From the NCBI GenBank assembly GCA_001179505.1, contig CDMY01000666.1, positions 186,001 through 250,000 on the forward strand: a stretch of 64,000 nucleotides of DNA, in the 5' to 3' direction. Source of the stretch: Vitrella brassicaformis CCMP3155. Taxonomy: Eukaryota > Protista > Chromerida. A program made the translations under genes and the position numbers. Shown piece after piece: positions 36,870 to 49,900 of the stretch (position 1 is the stretch's first letter; each line of letters begins with the position of its first letter). The notes below the pieces were generated by a model. It was not told where the DNA came from. It did no database searches and worked only from the letters and a program-made list of their open reading frames with translations.

Positions 36870-39800
36870 ATGGAGAAAAGCGGAGTTGGCGCATCGGGCG
36901 ATGAGCCCAAATCACCCTTCCGAAGCTCCACCACGTTTGAGGAGAGAAGCATGATGGAGGACCTCATCCAGGAGAACATCGAAATCGAGATCAACGAGAA
37001 TGCATTCTCGTCTTTGGAATCCCCTGATCTGGAGAAGGTGAATCCGCTGCCAGATGCCCGCCCCTGCTTGCATGTGCGATTTCCATCGTCTTTGCAATGC
37101 AGGCTCGTTTGGCCATTCCCTCTCACTTTCTGATCATCTCGCCAGATTCGACCTTTCGCGTGGTGTGGGACCTGGTTGGGGTGGTGTTCATCCTCTACCA
37201 GACACTGATGATCCCCTTCCTGCTGTCATTCAGTGTCACGCCCACAGGTCGGCGAATGCGGATCAGATAGGCATTGCTGATCGGTGGATGGTGTGTATGT
37301 CTCCCAGGTGGCTGGTATGTTTGGGAGTGGTTTGTGGATTCGTTCTTCATCTCTGGTCGGTCGGTCGGGGACACACATGAAGATTTCTCTGGCTCTTGAA
37401 TCGTGCCTTCCCTTCTTCCCCATTGCAGACATCTTCCTGAACTTTGTCACCGGTCAAAGGATGGGGACTTTGTTTCATGCTGTGGGTCAACCATGGCCGC
37501 CTCCCTGGTTGTGTGTGCAGGTTATTACGACAAGGGACATCTCATCATGAAGCAGCGAAAAATAGGTGACAGAATTTCCTACAGACGCAATCTACACATG
37601 AGCTCGATCCTCTGTCGTATTGATCAGCCTACACGTACAGCCTCGGGTGGTGTCTCGTCGACACCCCCGCATCGTTCCCATACGAGTTCGTGTACGGCCT
37701 CGCGTCGGGGGGCGGGGCCAACTCTGCGTTGTCAGCCCCCAGGCTGCTCCGCTTCCTGCGTTTCGCCAAGATGTTCCGTGTCTTGAGACTGTTGCGGGTT
37801 CTCAAGTTGAACCGGCTGCTTTTCAAGATAGAGGAGCATCTCAACTGGGACGCTCTGTCCGTCGCCTTTGAAGCCCTCAAGCTGGGATGCATCATCGTCT
37901 TTCTTGCGCACTGGGTGAGTAACACGACAACATGAGACGCCTGATCAGCCGTGGCTTTACACTTGGTGAATGTGAGCTGGTGTGTCGTTTTCAGAGTGCG
38001 TGCTGCTTCTTCGCCATTGGTCGGATGAGCGAGCGGCGGTTTGATAGCGACAAGAGTGCCGACCCAGGAGAAAACACCTCGTGGCTTATCAAATTCCATT
38101 TCCGTGACAAAGTGTGTAGAAGAAGCGACATCGGTCGCATCTCGCAATGACTCGCATTGGACTCGGCGTTTCTCGTCTGCCGTGTGTCAGCCTATCGTAG
38201 ATCAGTATGTCGCTTCAGTGTACTGGACGCTGACCACGGTAGCAACGGTCGGACTTGGAGACGTTGTGCCGACCAACACGGTGAGCAACGCGAATCAGTG
38301 ACAGAGAGCGATGATGTCCGTGCATGGCTGCGTCTGCATTCAGTATGAGCGCATCTATGCCAACGTCTTGATGGTCATGGCCTGCGGGACGTTTGCCATG
38401 GTCGTAGGTAAAGGAAGGAGCCGAGGGATGCCGCAGCATCATGCGTTTGCAGCCATTTATCCTCTGTCTTGGCGGCTTTACATGCAGGCAACTTGACAAC
38501 GGTAGCGAATCGCGCGAATGAGGAGACCAAGGCCAACTACAGCATGATCAAGAGGATAGTCAAGTACATGAACGCACATAACTGCCCAAGATTCCTCAAA
38601 TACAAGGTGAGACAGAAGCCAGGCAAGGAGCACGCCGTGTCTCATCGACTTTAATTTGTCAGGTGAAGCGGTACTTAGAGTTCGTGTTGACGCACAGCCA
38701 CCGTGCAGATGGTGTCGCTGACGTACTAGAGCTGCTGTCGCCGTCGCTCAAAACCGTGAGACACGGAGGGAGAAACATATGAAGCATTCAGGCCGTCATG
38801 GTGTCTCGTTCAAATTCTTCAGGAGATGGCCATGGCACTGGTAGGTCGGGTGCTGACACGATTTCCGCTCTTTGCCGAACTTGGCAAGAGGTTCCTGCGC
38901 CAGGTAGTCGCACATAGAAAAGGATGGTCGAGGGAGAGATTGATTGGTCGTATGTCTTCGTGGCCGCAGGTTGCCATGAAGTGCCACATGATATCGTTCG
39001 CGCCGGGCGACGTTGTTTGCCAGGCTGGCCAGCTCATGACCGAAATGTACTTTGTGATCAGCGGTCGTGTCCAGCTGTGTGCGCCGACCGACAGCGACGC
39101 ATTTCTCAAGGGAGACGCGGGCATACGCATGACGTGAGATACAAGCAACAAGGGACGGCACAGATCGCCAACATAGGCTTCTGCTGGTGCTGTTGCTGTT
39201 CTGCAGCGGGTCCTACTTCAACGAGGCATCGCTTTTTGACGAGACTGCTCGGAGCAGTCTCTGTGTGTGCAGGTTGGAAGCACACATTTTACAAATGAAG
39301 AAGGGCAATCTCGTTCTCGACCGTTTGTTTCTCTCTTGTAGGACGTTTTGCAATATTCTCGTGGTTGACAGGTAGACGCGGATCTAGCTTTGCCATGTTG
39401 CAGAGATCTGACTGACAGACGTCAGTGTCCCTTTGTGTATAGGGCAGACGTCCTCTCTTCACTCGAACATTTCCCCGCCCTTGTCGAGAAATACGAAAAC
39501 TACCAGGAGAGGGCGGACAGCAACAAGGCGTCGGGAATGCCATTGACCAAGAGAAGTAGGCCATGGAATCTGGCTCGTAAATTGCTCACCTGTCGTAATC
39601 CTGCGCTTCTCTCTGCAGCGACGTGGCTCGGAATGGCGACGACGGTGGACTCTGGGCAAGAAGGTACATGGCAGTCGACGTGAAAGTTTCGTGATGTGGA
39701 TCTTATGTGCTCTTGGTTTGGCTTAGAAAAGCCGCACACTCGCGGAGGGCCGAAGGGTGCCATCGCAAGTCTAGGTGAGCATCTTTGGAGCATTTCTCGC

Positions 39801-40845
39801 CCCCTTTGGAGCCCATTCACGCGATGGAAAGAAGAATATGAGCTCAAGCGGTCAACGACAGGTGCCAACAATGGCGAATTCACCCGCCAGCCACGAACGC
39901 AACCGTTATGTCTCTCTTGTCCATGAATCATCAGATCAGATCGCGTCTATCGGCCAGCTCTGGTCAGCAAAGAAGGCGGCGACAATTTGGAAGAAGAACT
40001 CGGCAAGAAGACACCAGAAGCTCGAGAGCCAGTCGTCGTCAAATGCGGCCAAGACAGCGTCAGATGTAGACCTGGAGACTTCAGAGGCGCTAGAAGCACT
40101 CGACACCGGCATCAGTCAGCAGCTGAATGTGCTTCTGGGAAACCCCCAAACGGAAGACGCACCTCAGAGTTCCGTCTCTTTGGCCCCTCGAACGGCGAGG
40201 ACGTTCCACCACGCACCTCAGCTCCCTTCGCTCGTGCCGCATCCACTGTGCGCTTTCACGGCGACTTGGAGCAAGGCGTAAGCACACAGAGACACCTCTG
40301 CCGTTCATGCGCCATGTCTTACCGCTCTGGTGGAATGCAGGAGCCTGGTCCAGCAGACAACAGTCAGTCTGCCTCGTCTGGACCACGTAGTGGTTACTTC
40401 GGGCGGTATCAGCCCGTTCCTCGGCGGGAGAGTGTCAGGAAGACAAGCTTCGGGCCGGCGATGGCGGCCGGCAGTGGTGGGAGGGGCAGCATGGTGCTGC
40501 CTGTGAGGGAAGTCAGAGGGGAGAGCGACAGATGGCGCAGCTTTGTGGCTGGCCTGGAAAGCGGCAGCGTAGCTGCGGCGCTGGCCTCCGTGGCTGGGGA
40601 AATGATGAAGGAAATCGACGCTATTGCGAAGCATTATGCTGTCTCGCTTGCTGACGGTGAGAGGGGTACAATCACGCTTGTCCATCCGTGTCTCATCTGT
40701 CGCGTGTCTTGTCGTTTGTCCGTCAGATGTTCGTTCTCAGCTGGAGAGCATCGATTGTGTGTTGGATGAGCACGGCGTAACTCTTAAGAGGCTCGAGTCG
40801 ACTGCCAGGGCGCTGGCGACAAAAAAGACTGGCGGGCTGCTTTAA
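36870..40845 (+). CDS. 6-TM voltage-gated K+ channel with C-linker and cyclic-nucleotide-binding (homology) domain (EAG/KCNH/HCN-like); start may be 36951
   Basis: S1 IISPDSTFRVVWDL, S2 DIFLNFVTGYY, S4 RLLRFLRFAKMFRVLRLLRVLKLNRLL, pore YVASVYWTLTTVATVGLGDVVPTNT, C-linker YMNAHNCP...VKRYLEF, CNBD FAPGDVVCQAGQLMTEMYFVISGRV. Confidence 0.9.
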
Positions 40846-41240
40846 CCAAGTGAGGCGTGCCCTTTGGTAGCTGGTCTGTGTCTCTCACGCTTTCTGGGTA
40901 GCCTGCGTGTCATTGATTTATTCAGTGAGCTTGACCTCGGTAAACAGTAGCGTGTCTCTTTTTTCGCATATTGGTATGAGCACTGCATGCCTCACTCCTC
41001 ATTGCTCATTGACGCTGTGTGTACGGCTGCATGACGCAGCGTAGCTCCTCTCCTTTGGGACACAGAAATGCTCACTCACGGCAAGTAGCAGCTTGACCCT
41101 GTCTTCGCTCAGCCAGCCAGGCAGCCTATAATATTATCTATCTATATGCACAAGCTCAAGTGTTCGCTCACTGACCGTTCGTTCATAGCTTCCTATCTAC
41201 ATGGCGTGGCAGCCACCGACACTGCACTGCATACTTACGG

Positions 41241-43635
41241 CTACTGCTCCTCCGCCTCCCGCGGCGGCTTCCTCCTCAGAAGCGCCTGCAGCAGCGAAAG
41301 CGTCTTGTTTGCGCCAACCTGACATTGTCCACACACACACGCACATACACACCGACTGCGTACGCACGCTTCTGTCTCTCCGGCCTCTCCTCTTCTTCCT
41401 CACCAGCACGTTCTGGTTGTAGAGGCCGCTGAAAGGATCGCTTAGCTCGACCACGAGCTCAGCGATCCACGTTATGCCCCCCATCAGCGCCACAAAAGTG
41501 GGGCGCGTGATGGCCGCGGCAGATGGGCCGGCAAGAGCGGCTTCGTAGAGAAATGTGAAAACCATACACGTCATCAGCCACTGCACACATCGAAGCGAGA
41601 AGAACGAATGACGGGGTGAGCGCGGCCGGCCTTCCCCTGCCCTGCTCACCGTGAGGAAGAAGTAGTGCAGGGGAGGGAACCCTTGCTCTGTCAGTGATTG
41701 ACGAGTGCCGCGCAATGTCCTCAGCTCCTGCAGCAAACAGGGCAGACAAGACTAGATACCACCTCCCATGACAAACCCAAACTCACAACATTGGCACCTT
41801 GATGAAACCCATCGCCTTGGTAGACTCCATCACATCGACCACATTGTACAGCGCGTAGTCATCAGTCTGAAGAATGGAGCACACGTGACACACAAAGTGA
41901 GAGGAGGGGTGAGAGGCTCTTTCTCTGCGTTCTCACCTGTTGAACGGCAGGCAAGTCATAGAGCACTTTGTAGCGATTGAAATCGATTCCGCTCCCTGCC
42001 ACATATGTGGCATTGGCGTCGACGTCTGGTCGGCCCCCCGTCCCATCCCTCGCCGCGAGAAAAGGGAACAGCAGGGTCATGAAGTTTCGGGGGGCCGGCG
42101 ATGGCCGAGGGAGCACCAGATCCGTCAGGTGCTTGTTGGGTGCGGAGGGGGGCGATGTGGCGTGATGGGCTGCGTCGAATCTGCCGGATGGGGAGCCTGC
42201 AGCGGTTGACTGAAGGGGGAAGGGGAGAGATAGCAGCGGGGGAGGAGCCTGACCGCGGGCCGAGCCCGACGAGTGGGCCACACGTGGACGGGCGTAGCTC
42301 ATTGGCATGTGGTGAGAGCCGGTGATTGCTTTCCAGCTGAGGCGCTTGATGCGAACCGGCCAGGCGTTCTCTCGAAACAGCCCTCTCGCATAACGGTCCT
42401 AATACACACACACACACACAGGCATGCATACGCGCACATCATGGCCCCTTCCCCAGCCCGTCACACTCACCACTTCAGCGAGGGCGAATATCCGTCGCTC
42501 TGGGTCATTCCGCAGCTCGACATCTATGAACTTGGCCAGCATGTCGATAGTGGAGATCTCGTTTTGAATCATCGCCCGAATCTGACAGGATGAGGCAGAA
42601 ACCGCCACACAAACAGTCCAATTGATCACGACGCTGTGCTCTTTGTGCATTCCTCCCTCCCCACTCACCTGTTGCTGTCGAGTGTAGCACTGGTTGATGG
42701 TGAGCGAGGTCACTGTACCGCTTAGAATGGAGATGAAAGGCACCAGTGTTCGATTCAGGAACCCCTCAGGAAGAGCAAATCGCCGTCGCGTGGCCCTCCC
42801 GACAAGGAAGAAGACAGTCCTTGACAGAGGCGGATAGAATATGTAGCTCAGCAGCATACAGAGCAGCGCAAGCCTGACCAGAAGGGACGGACATACCCAT
42901 ATCCGCATTCGCGTTTACTTTGTAGCTTGGTTGCCTTAAGGCGTACCATGGGACATTGAGAAGGAGGATTGACGTAGCCATCGACAAGGTGAACCCCGTC
43001 TTGCTTATGAGCCGCTCCAGCCACGTGACAAACGCCTTCTTCGGCCGAAGGACTGCCGGCGAGGTCTTGGACGGAGGGGGCATGGTGGCTGTGTCGTTGA
43101 CCGCCAGCACCTCATCTGCAGCAGCAGCATCGACCTGTTCCTCCTCCTCCTCCTCCCCTCCCTGTTCTTCCTCCTCCGCCGCTGCTGCCGCTGCCTCATC
43201 TCCCTCTTTGTCCTTCTCCGCTAGTGCTGCATCACCGGCACTCTCACCCTTTTGGGCACTCGCTGCCAGCAATGAATCGCTGACCTCAATCTCCAGCACC
43301 GGAACATCTGTCACGTCGCGCGGGGACTCGCCGACTACAGGTGGCTCGCTCGTGCGCTGAGAGATGGAAGCAGTGCTCCTCTCTTGCCCAGTAGCAGCGG
43401 CAGCAGCAGGATGAGGTTCGTCAGCCTCAGTTTCGGTGGCGGCAGGTTTGGCTGGTGCTGCTTCTGGCGCGATGGCTGTTGCTGTTGCGGCTGTTGCGGT
43501 GGCTGATCTGACTGACGTTGCGCCGGTCCTCCAATGATGAGCCCGTAGCGCGGCGACTGACGAGGGATAGATGAGTCCTTCCGAGTGGGAACAATAGAAG
43601 CAGGAAAAGACCAGCAGGAACAGACAGCCCCGCAT
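41241..43635 (-). CDS. Signal-peptide-bearing multi-TM protein, DUF4239/bestrophin-like (tentative), probably plastid-targeted
   Basis: Signal peptide MRGCLFLLVFSCFYCSHSEG, then an A/T/R-rich and acidic linker. TM segments LALLCMLLSYIFYP and FISILSGTVTSLTI; C-terminal FPPLHYFFL...VALMGGITWIAELVVELSDPFSGLY resembles the DUF4239 L..PF.G motif (from memory). Confidence 0.55.
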
Positions 43636-43935
43636 CTTGAGTTGTGATGAGGCTGGCCAGGCGGGAAGGGAGAGGCTGTCGTGTCCCTCGCGGCTTAGCT
43701 CGCAACGCGATCCCCTCGTTCTCGACCAACGCAAGCTTTTCCCTTCAGCCCCCTCGGCCCAAGTGCACAGCACCCTGTCCTGCGCTGCGTTGAGGGTCTG
43801 AATGCACGAGGGCCCACGTCAAGCTGTCGGCCTCGCCACAATGCCTGTCGTGTGGCCGCGTTGCCCCACCGCAACATGAGGCTCAGCCCTCCCTCCTGTG
43901 CCGACTGCCGCTTCTCAAGATGGAAAGACAAGACA

Positions 43936-46900
43936 ATGTCATTTGCAATGGCGCGAAAGGCTGGCGACTTCTTCCTCCACCTCCTGATCATAGCTTCGGC
44001 GTTTGTCCCTCATGGCGAGGGTTATCGAAACGCGAGCACGTTGCTGACTCGCCACAAGCACGACCAACAGGTGGGAAAGCTCAAGAGACGTGCCCATGGA
44101 TCGTGTGTCCTCTGTGATTCCTTTTCCTTACTCAGATGCCCCTATCCCCTCTTGCCCCTCTTGCCCCCCTCCCCACCCTGCCACCCGCCTTCCTCCCCCA
44201 CATGACCAACACGAACACTTCTGCGGCCAGCACTGCGCCGCCCCAGAACCGCATGCAACCGATCACACCCACCAGACTCACACGAGAAGAAAGGCGACAA
44301 GACGAAGCGGCCACAGAGGAGTCCGTTTTGGAGCATGTGGTGGATGTGCTGATGAATGGAAGTGCAGCGCTGGCGCAGCAGAGGGGCATGAGCGGGTCCA
44401 AGTTCCCGGCAAATGTCATTCCGGGATACAAAGAATACGACCCCTGCTCAGACAGTGAGACAGATAACCAGACAGACAGACAGACAACATACCTGCATCT
44501 CAATGATGACTAATAGAATGCATGCTCTCTTGTGTGTGTTCTCTTGTTCAGTGTGCGACATTGTGCATCATCCGTCGGGTGTGATAGAGGTGTGGGCGAT
44601 CACGACCATCCAGAAGCGGCTCCTCCCGCCCCTCAACTTCTCAGACGCCATTGTGGGCGACACCAAGGCAGACAACCCATCTGGGTGCTGCATGGCCTGT
44701 GCGCAGACCGAGGGCTGTGAGGCCTTCATCTTTGCACAGGGGGGCAACTGCCGGATGGTCGCCGGCGACGCACTCCGTACGCTTGCTCCGAGGGGTGCGT
44801 TGCATGCCGAGACCGACAAGCCTTACTGCCATCCGTCGTATACGTGGGAGTTTCCTTTCTACGTGCCAACCGCCGCCGAACAGGCTGTAGTGAAAGATGT
44901 GCATGTGGGGACGTTCATACCTAGTAAGCGGCGGGCGGTGAGGGATACAGCGGTGATCCTATCAACGCTCTCTGTGTATTCAGTCCGTGGCCTTTTGGGG
45001 ACCGATGTTACCAAGAATGTTGAGGGGAACTTCTTGCTCGACCGTGCACCGAACAAACACGGTCCCAGACAATTATGCCTCCCTGCGGGCTCTAAAGAGA
45101 AGAGCTCAGCGGCCTTTTCTCTGTCTTTCAGGGTTGCTGTGGCCTTTGTTTCCTGATGATTTCGTCTTCATGTTTGAGGGGACCCTGGGTGCCGATCGGA
45201 GCTGCACCCAGATAGACGAGTACATGGATGTCGACCCGCAGGCCTGGAACGAACGAGTTGTCACCCACCAAGAGTAAGCAAGCTTTAGCAGCAGAGAAAC
45301 CGATGTTTCTTACCCCTTTGTCTTGACAGACACTTTGGTTCGCTTCAAGCCTTCATGACGGCCAGCCTGTGCTACCGTTCTGACCGCATTCCCATCGACA
45401 TTAAATGGTTCAGCTCTTACGACGCATCGTAAGGGAGGGAGTCGGACACCAAGCCACCACCAACCCACCCATTTGTGGATGTGTGCTGATGGCTTATCTC
45501 TTTTGATGCAGTGCCGAGGCGATCATATCTGCCCGCACCCACAACTGCATGCAGATCATCAACCCCTACGAGCCGGCCGAGTCGAACCCCTTCAGAGACG
45601 ACCCCAAGGTTCTCGAGCAATTCAAGAAGCTCGGGCACCTCAGTAAGTGACACGTGGGCCGATCAGCCATAGCTAGGATGGATGTCGCACGTCAATCTGT
45701 GTGCGTGTCAGTGGGTGCCAAGAAGATCGAAATTCCGCCTTATCACGGATGGGAGGACAACATGCTGTGTTTCGACATCAAGTGGCCGCAGGCCATGGAC
45801 ATTTACTGGACCTTCTGGGGCCTCCTGCTGCCCTCCACGTGCCTCTCATTCAACACGCCGCGAGAGCTGCCCGAACGAGAATGGAAACACATGGCCCTCT
45901 GCTCACGTACAGACAAAAAAGCATCCTTGGTGCCACCGCACTATTCATCTATCGGCCGCTGTTTTGTGTTGTGTGCAGGTGCCACGTTCCGCCCCGATTT
46001 CTATCTCCGTCAGAGAATTCCGCCGTGCGAGGCCGTCAACGTCTGCACAGTGGGCACGGGAGACATCTGCAAGATGGAGAAGGAGAAGTGCGCCGTGCAG
46101 CCCTTGTCGGTGACGACCATGGCCCGGATGCCCGAGGTGCAACCACAGGCCATGTGCAACAACTGGCACCACCACTTCCTCACCGACCCTGAGTTCGCCG
46201 CCAACGACCCCTCCCTCCCGCCAGACCAGCGCATGCAGTACTGGGTTGTGGAGGTCTACAACGACCACTTTGCCGAGCGCATTCGTGTCGAGAAGCCGGG
46301 CTGCTGCGCGACAGGAGTTGGTGCGCCGTGTATGCACCCACTGGTGTCTCCTGAGGGATTCTCTGCGCACCCGTCGATCCTTCCTGTCTTGTGGGAGAGT
46401 ATCAAGGCCAGGCCGGCCAGCGCCGGACTGGCGGGGACACCAGGGGCTGGGAATGTGACTGCGTTTGTGGAAAAGAGGCTTGACCCGCTTGTGCTGGAGT
46501 CTGGAGGCTCGCCTTCCCTCGATCCCGCATACTATGAGATGGGCAAGGACGGGGCATATCTCAAATGCACTGGAGGTGGGTGAGACACGGAGGCGAAGAA
46601 CAGGGACACGGGTATGTATGTACCATGTCCCTCTCTTTGCCAAAACAGATGATCCGTTCTATGAGGATCCAGGTGGGCTGGGCAATCCATCATGAGAAGC
46701 ATGTGTGTGGCCTGGCCTGGTGCCCGGTCACTCCGCGTGTCTCTCTTGCGTCAGAGCACATGATCCGTCGCTTCGAGAAGGGACCCGACAACGACACCAT
46801 ATCTTTCATCGACATCGTGGAGGACTCACTCAGGCAGCGGCTCCTGCCCTCTCTCAAGTGTGTGGAGAGCTGGGTCGACGACATCAAACACTGCAAGCTG

Positions 46901-49900
46901 AAGCGGCCGACCTTCTGGCGCTGCTGCGACACCTACTACGGCAACCCCTGCGGAAACTACAGTGACGTCAACCCGGCACTACTTGCCAGCATCCCTGAGG
47001 GGCCGCCACTGCCTTGCTACGACTGGATGCACAGATTCGCCAGAGGACGGAAGAACGGACAAGCGCAGAAAGACGTCTGGTGGGTGGTGGGACATGGTTT
47101 GCAGAAAGGATCTGATCTGGCGACATTCCTGTGCCCTGCAGGCTGATCACAGCTCCGATGGGAGACGAGGTGCCTTTCCGGATGCCCATAAAGGGGGCAG
47201 AGTACTATGGCGGTTGCTGCCCCGTCGAAACCGGGCAGTCCTCGTCCGACATTCGCAACTCATGCGACAAGGACAACCCTTTCTTTGTCGACATGAAGAG
47301 CGACATCGTCCCATTCTTCTTTGACAACTTCCCCATTACATCTGACAGCCTCTACTGCCGAGGTGAGGTGCACGCGTGGGGGACGGTCCACGAACCATCC
47401 CATCCCCACACCGTCGGGTTGTCTGTCAGAGGCGATTGGTGCGTGGCGCGAGGTGGGTCGCTTGGAGGCGTGGAAGCTGAATTGCGTCCAAGTGGGGGGC
47501 GCCTGTCGCAGCCACGTGTCGAACTCGACCGTGTGCATGCTGAGCTGCGAGCAGATCGAGGATACGGAGGGCTGCAATGCATTCAACTTCTACAGCCCGG
47601 GGGGCGACCTTGCCAACAGCGACTGCTGCCTCCAGTCCTGCAGCGACCCCAAGAACCCCGTCATCGCTGAGCTCAAGAACCTGGACCAACTGCGACAGTG
47701 GAAGAAATACGTCAACCCGGAAGGTGAGGCATCGGATCGTGTGACGCTTGCATGTGTCTCTTCCATCGTTTGTGTGCAGTCAAAGGAGTTGATATCGGCC
47801 TGCAGACCTTCCGTAAGTGGCCAACAGAGACCACGCAGGCAGGCCTTCTCGTTCCCGCGCTCTGACTTTGTCGTGTCTCCGCAGCTGCTCCTGGGTGTTC
47901 CGCCATCGCGCTGACGCACACGGACGCGGAGAGCGGCCCATATTGGCTGACAGCCGACAACACCCCCTTCCAGACCTACTGCGCCTTCGACAAGGCCCAC
48001 GACCGGATATGGACACTCATCCGGTCGGTGCGGCTTCAGGACTACACCAACCAGGGCGACAGCTTCCGCGGCCTGACCTTCATGAAGGACTACTCCGGAA
48101 ACTTGCCTGTCATCCAGGGGGTGCCGTATCGGACTCTCATCAATACCACACACGGGGAGCCTCCCGCAGACTCTTACGATCTGCCCAAGCGTGAGCGAGA
48201 CACAGGGAGGGGGACAGAGGAAAGGGTGGCTGGAGTTGGTTTTGTCCTGTCCAGAGATACTTGGCGGGATGGTTGAGGACGAGCACGCCACGTGGAGATA
48301 CTTCATGGCCAGTTGCAACTTCGACACCTCACAGACGAGGGACTTCTTCACTGTGGCGCTCCAGGGCGAAACAAGCTTCCACCCCCTCTCATTCGAGGGC
48401 AAGAACAAGTGCCAAAAGGTCGTCCATTTCGACATACGGGGAAATACGTGTAGAGGTGAAGTGGAGAGCACAAAGGCAACATCAACCCGGGTGGGTGTGA
48501 GGAGATCCTGTTGGTGTCTTTGTTGTGCTGTCGCTCAACAGACAAGTGTTACCTGCCCTTCACGCAAGGCACCTCGAGCAAATACGACCTGCACGTGGAG
48601 TCCTTCAAGGAGTACTCCCAGGGCATCTGCCAGGCATCATCGGCGGCGCCTGCATCCCTCATCCACACCATGGGCGGCCGCCCACCAAACGCGACAACAG
48701 CAGCAACGAGTGTCTTCGTGACACAGAGGGAGGAGAGAGAGGCAGATGCAGATGTGCCCGAAGAGCGCTCGACGATCGCCCTGAACAAGCCTGCGAGGCT
48801 GAGCAGTGTAGGTGGCGACCGCGGGGCTGCCCTTGCTGTCGATGGGAGGCCGGAGACATGGTAACAGACGTACAGTGGATGAAGTTGGTGTGTGAATGAT
48901 GGTTTATGAGTTGGTCGATTGCTTTCTTCGCCGTTCAGTGCTCAGACTGATCCGATGGACCCGTTTCCAAACCCATGGTGAGCACTGCGGTGACAAACCC
49001 ATACATACAAGCCTACATGGATGAGTACCGTGCGGCTGCAGGCTCATGGTTGACTTGGGAGAGGCCGTCGAGGTCACATCCTTACTGCTCCTCAACACAC
49101 AAGATCAGGCCAAGCGGTGAGGGAGATCTGGAGAGATGTCGGAAGATGGACGAAGACAGTCACACGCCAGCCACGCATGGCTGCCTCTCTCTGTTTCAGC
49201 TACCGTCTTCCTGGCGCGACCGCGTTTGTCGGGTCATCCGACCGAGACCCCCGCGAGAACACCGAATGCGAGTCCACTCCCGCAGCCATTGACCCCTCAT
49301 ATACACTCAGGTGTCCGGATGGCACCAAAGGACAGTATCTCTGGGTGGTGCGGGTGCCAGACCGGCTTGGACCCGACAAGGCCCGGCTGCCCGACACGGC
49401 CATGAGTGTCTGTGAGGTCATTGTCGAGGGCAAAACGGCCGCGCCGGAAAGGCAACCAGAAGAAGAAGAGAAGCCAGAAGGGCCGAAGAAGCCAGACCTG
49501 GGCCCGTTTGGGGAGGCAGGCGAGGGTGGAGGCACGCCAGTTTGGGGCAGCGCCGGGGGCAGTGTTGGTGCGTTGAACAAGCCTGCCCTGCAGAGCAGCA
49601 CTGGTGAGGGCCATCAGGCGTCTCTGGCGGTGGATGGGAAGCCCGAAACATGGTGGGAATAGACACTAGGTGTCGACTGCTACTCTCTTTCCTTCCACTG
49701 TACATGGTGTGTCTTGTTGTACGCTCTTTGTCTTTCATGCAGCGCCCAGACAGATCCCAAAGACACCTTTCCCAATCCATGGTCAGCTATTCGCTTGGCA
49801 TTCAGGCGTCAGACCGTTAGACATCACTGTACGCCCTCCTGTGTACACAGGCTGATGGTTGACCTCGGGCAGGCAGCGGAAGTGACAACAGTGACGCTCA

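Noticed and set aside
4542-43635. Functional cluster of five plastid-targeted genes
   Set aside because: They belong to unrelated pathways and are interspersed with housekeeping genes; the density is plausible for an alga.
43990-44010. ASAFVP, a diatom-type plastid-targeting motif, in the adhesin leader
   Set aside because: The cargo is disulfide-rich extracellular domains and the h-region could cleave later (GEG-Y), so secretion is more plausible. Not excluded without a predictor.
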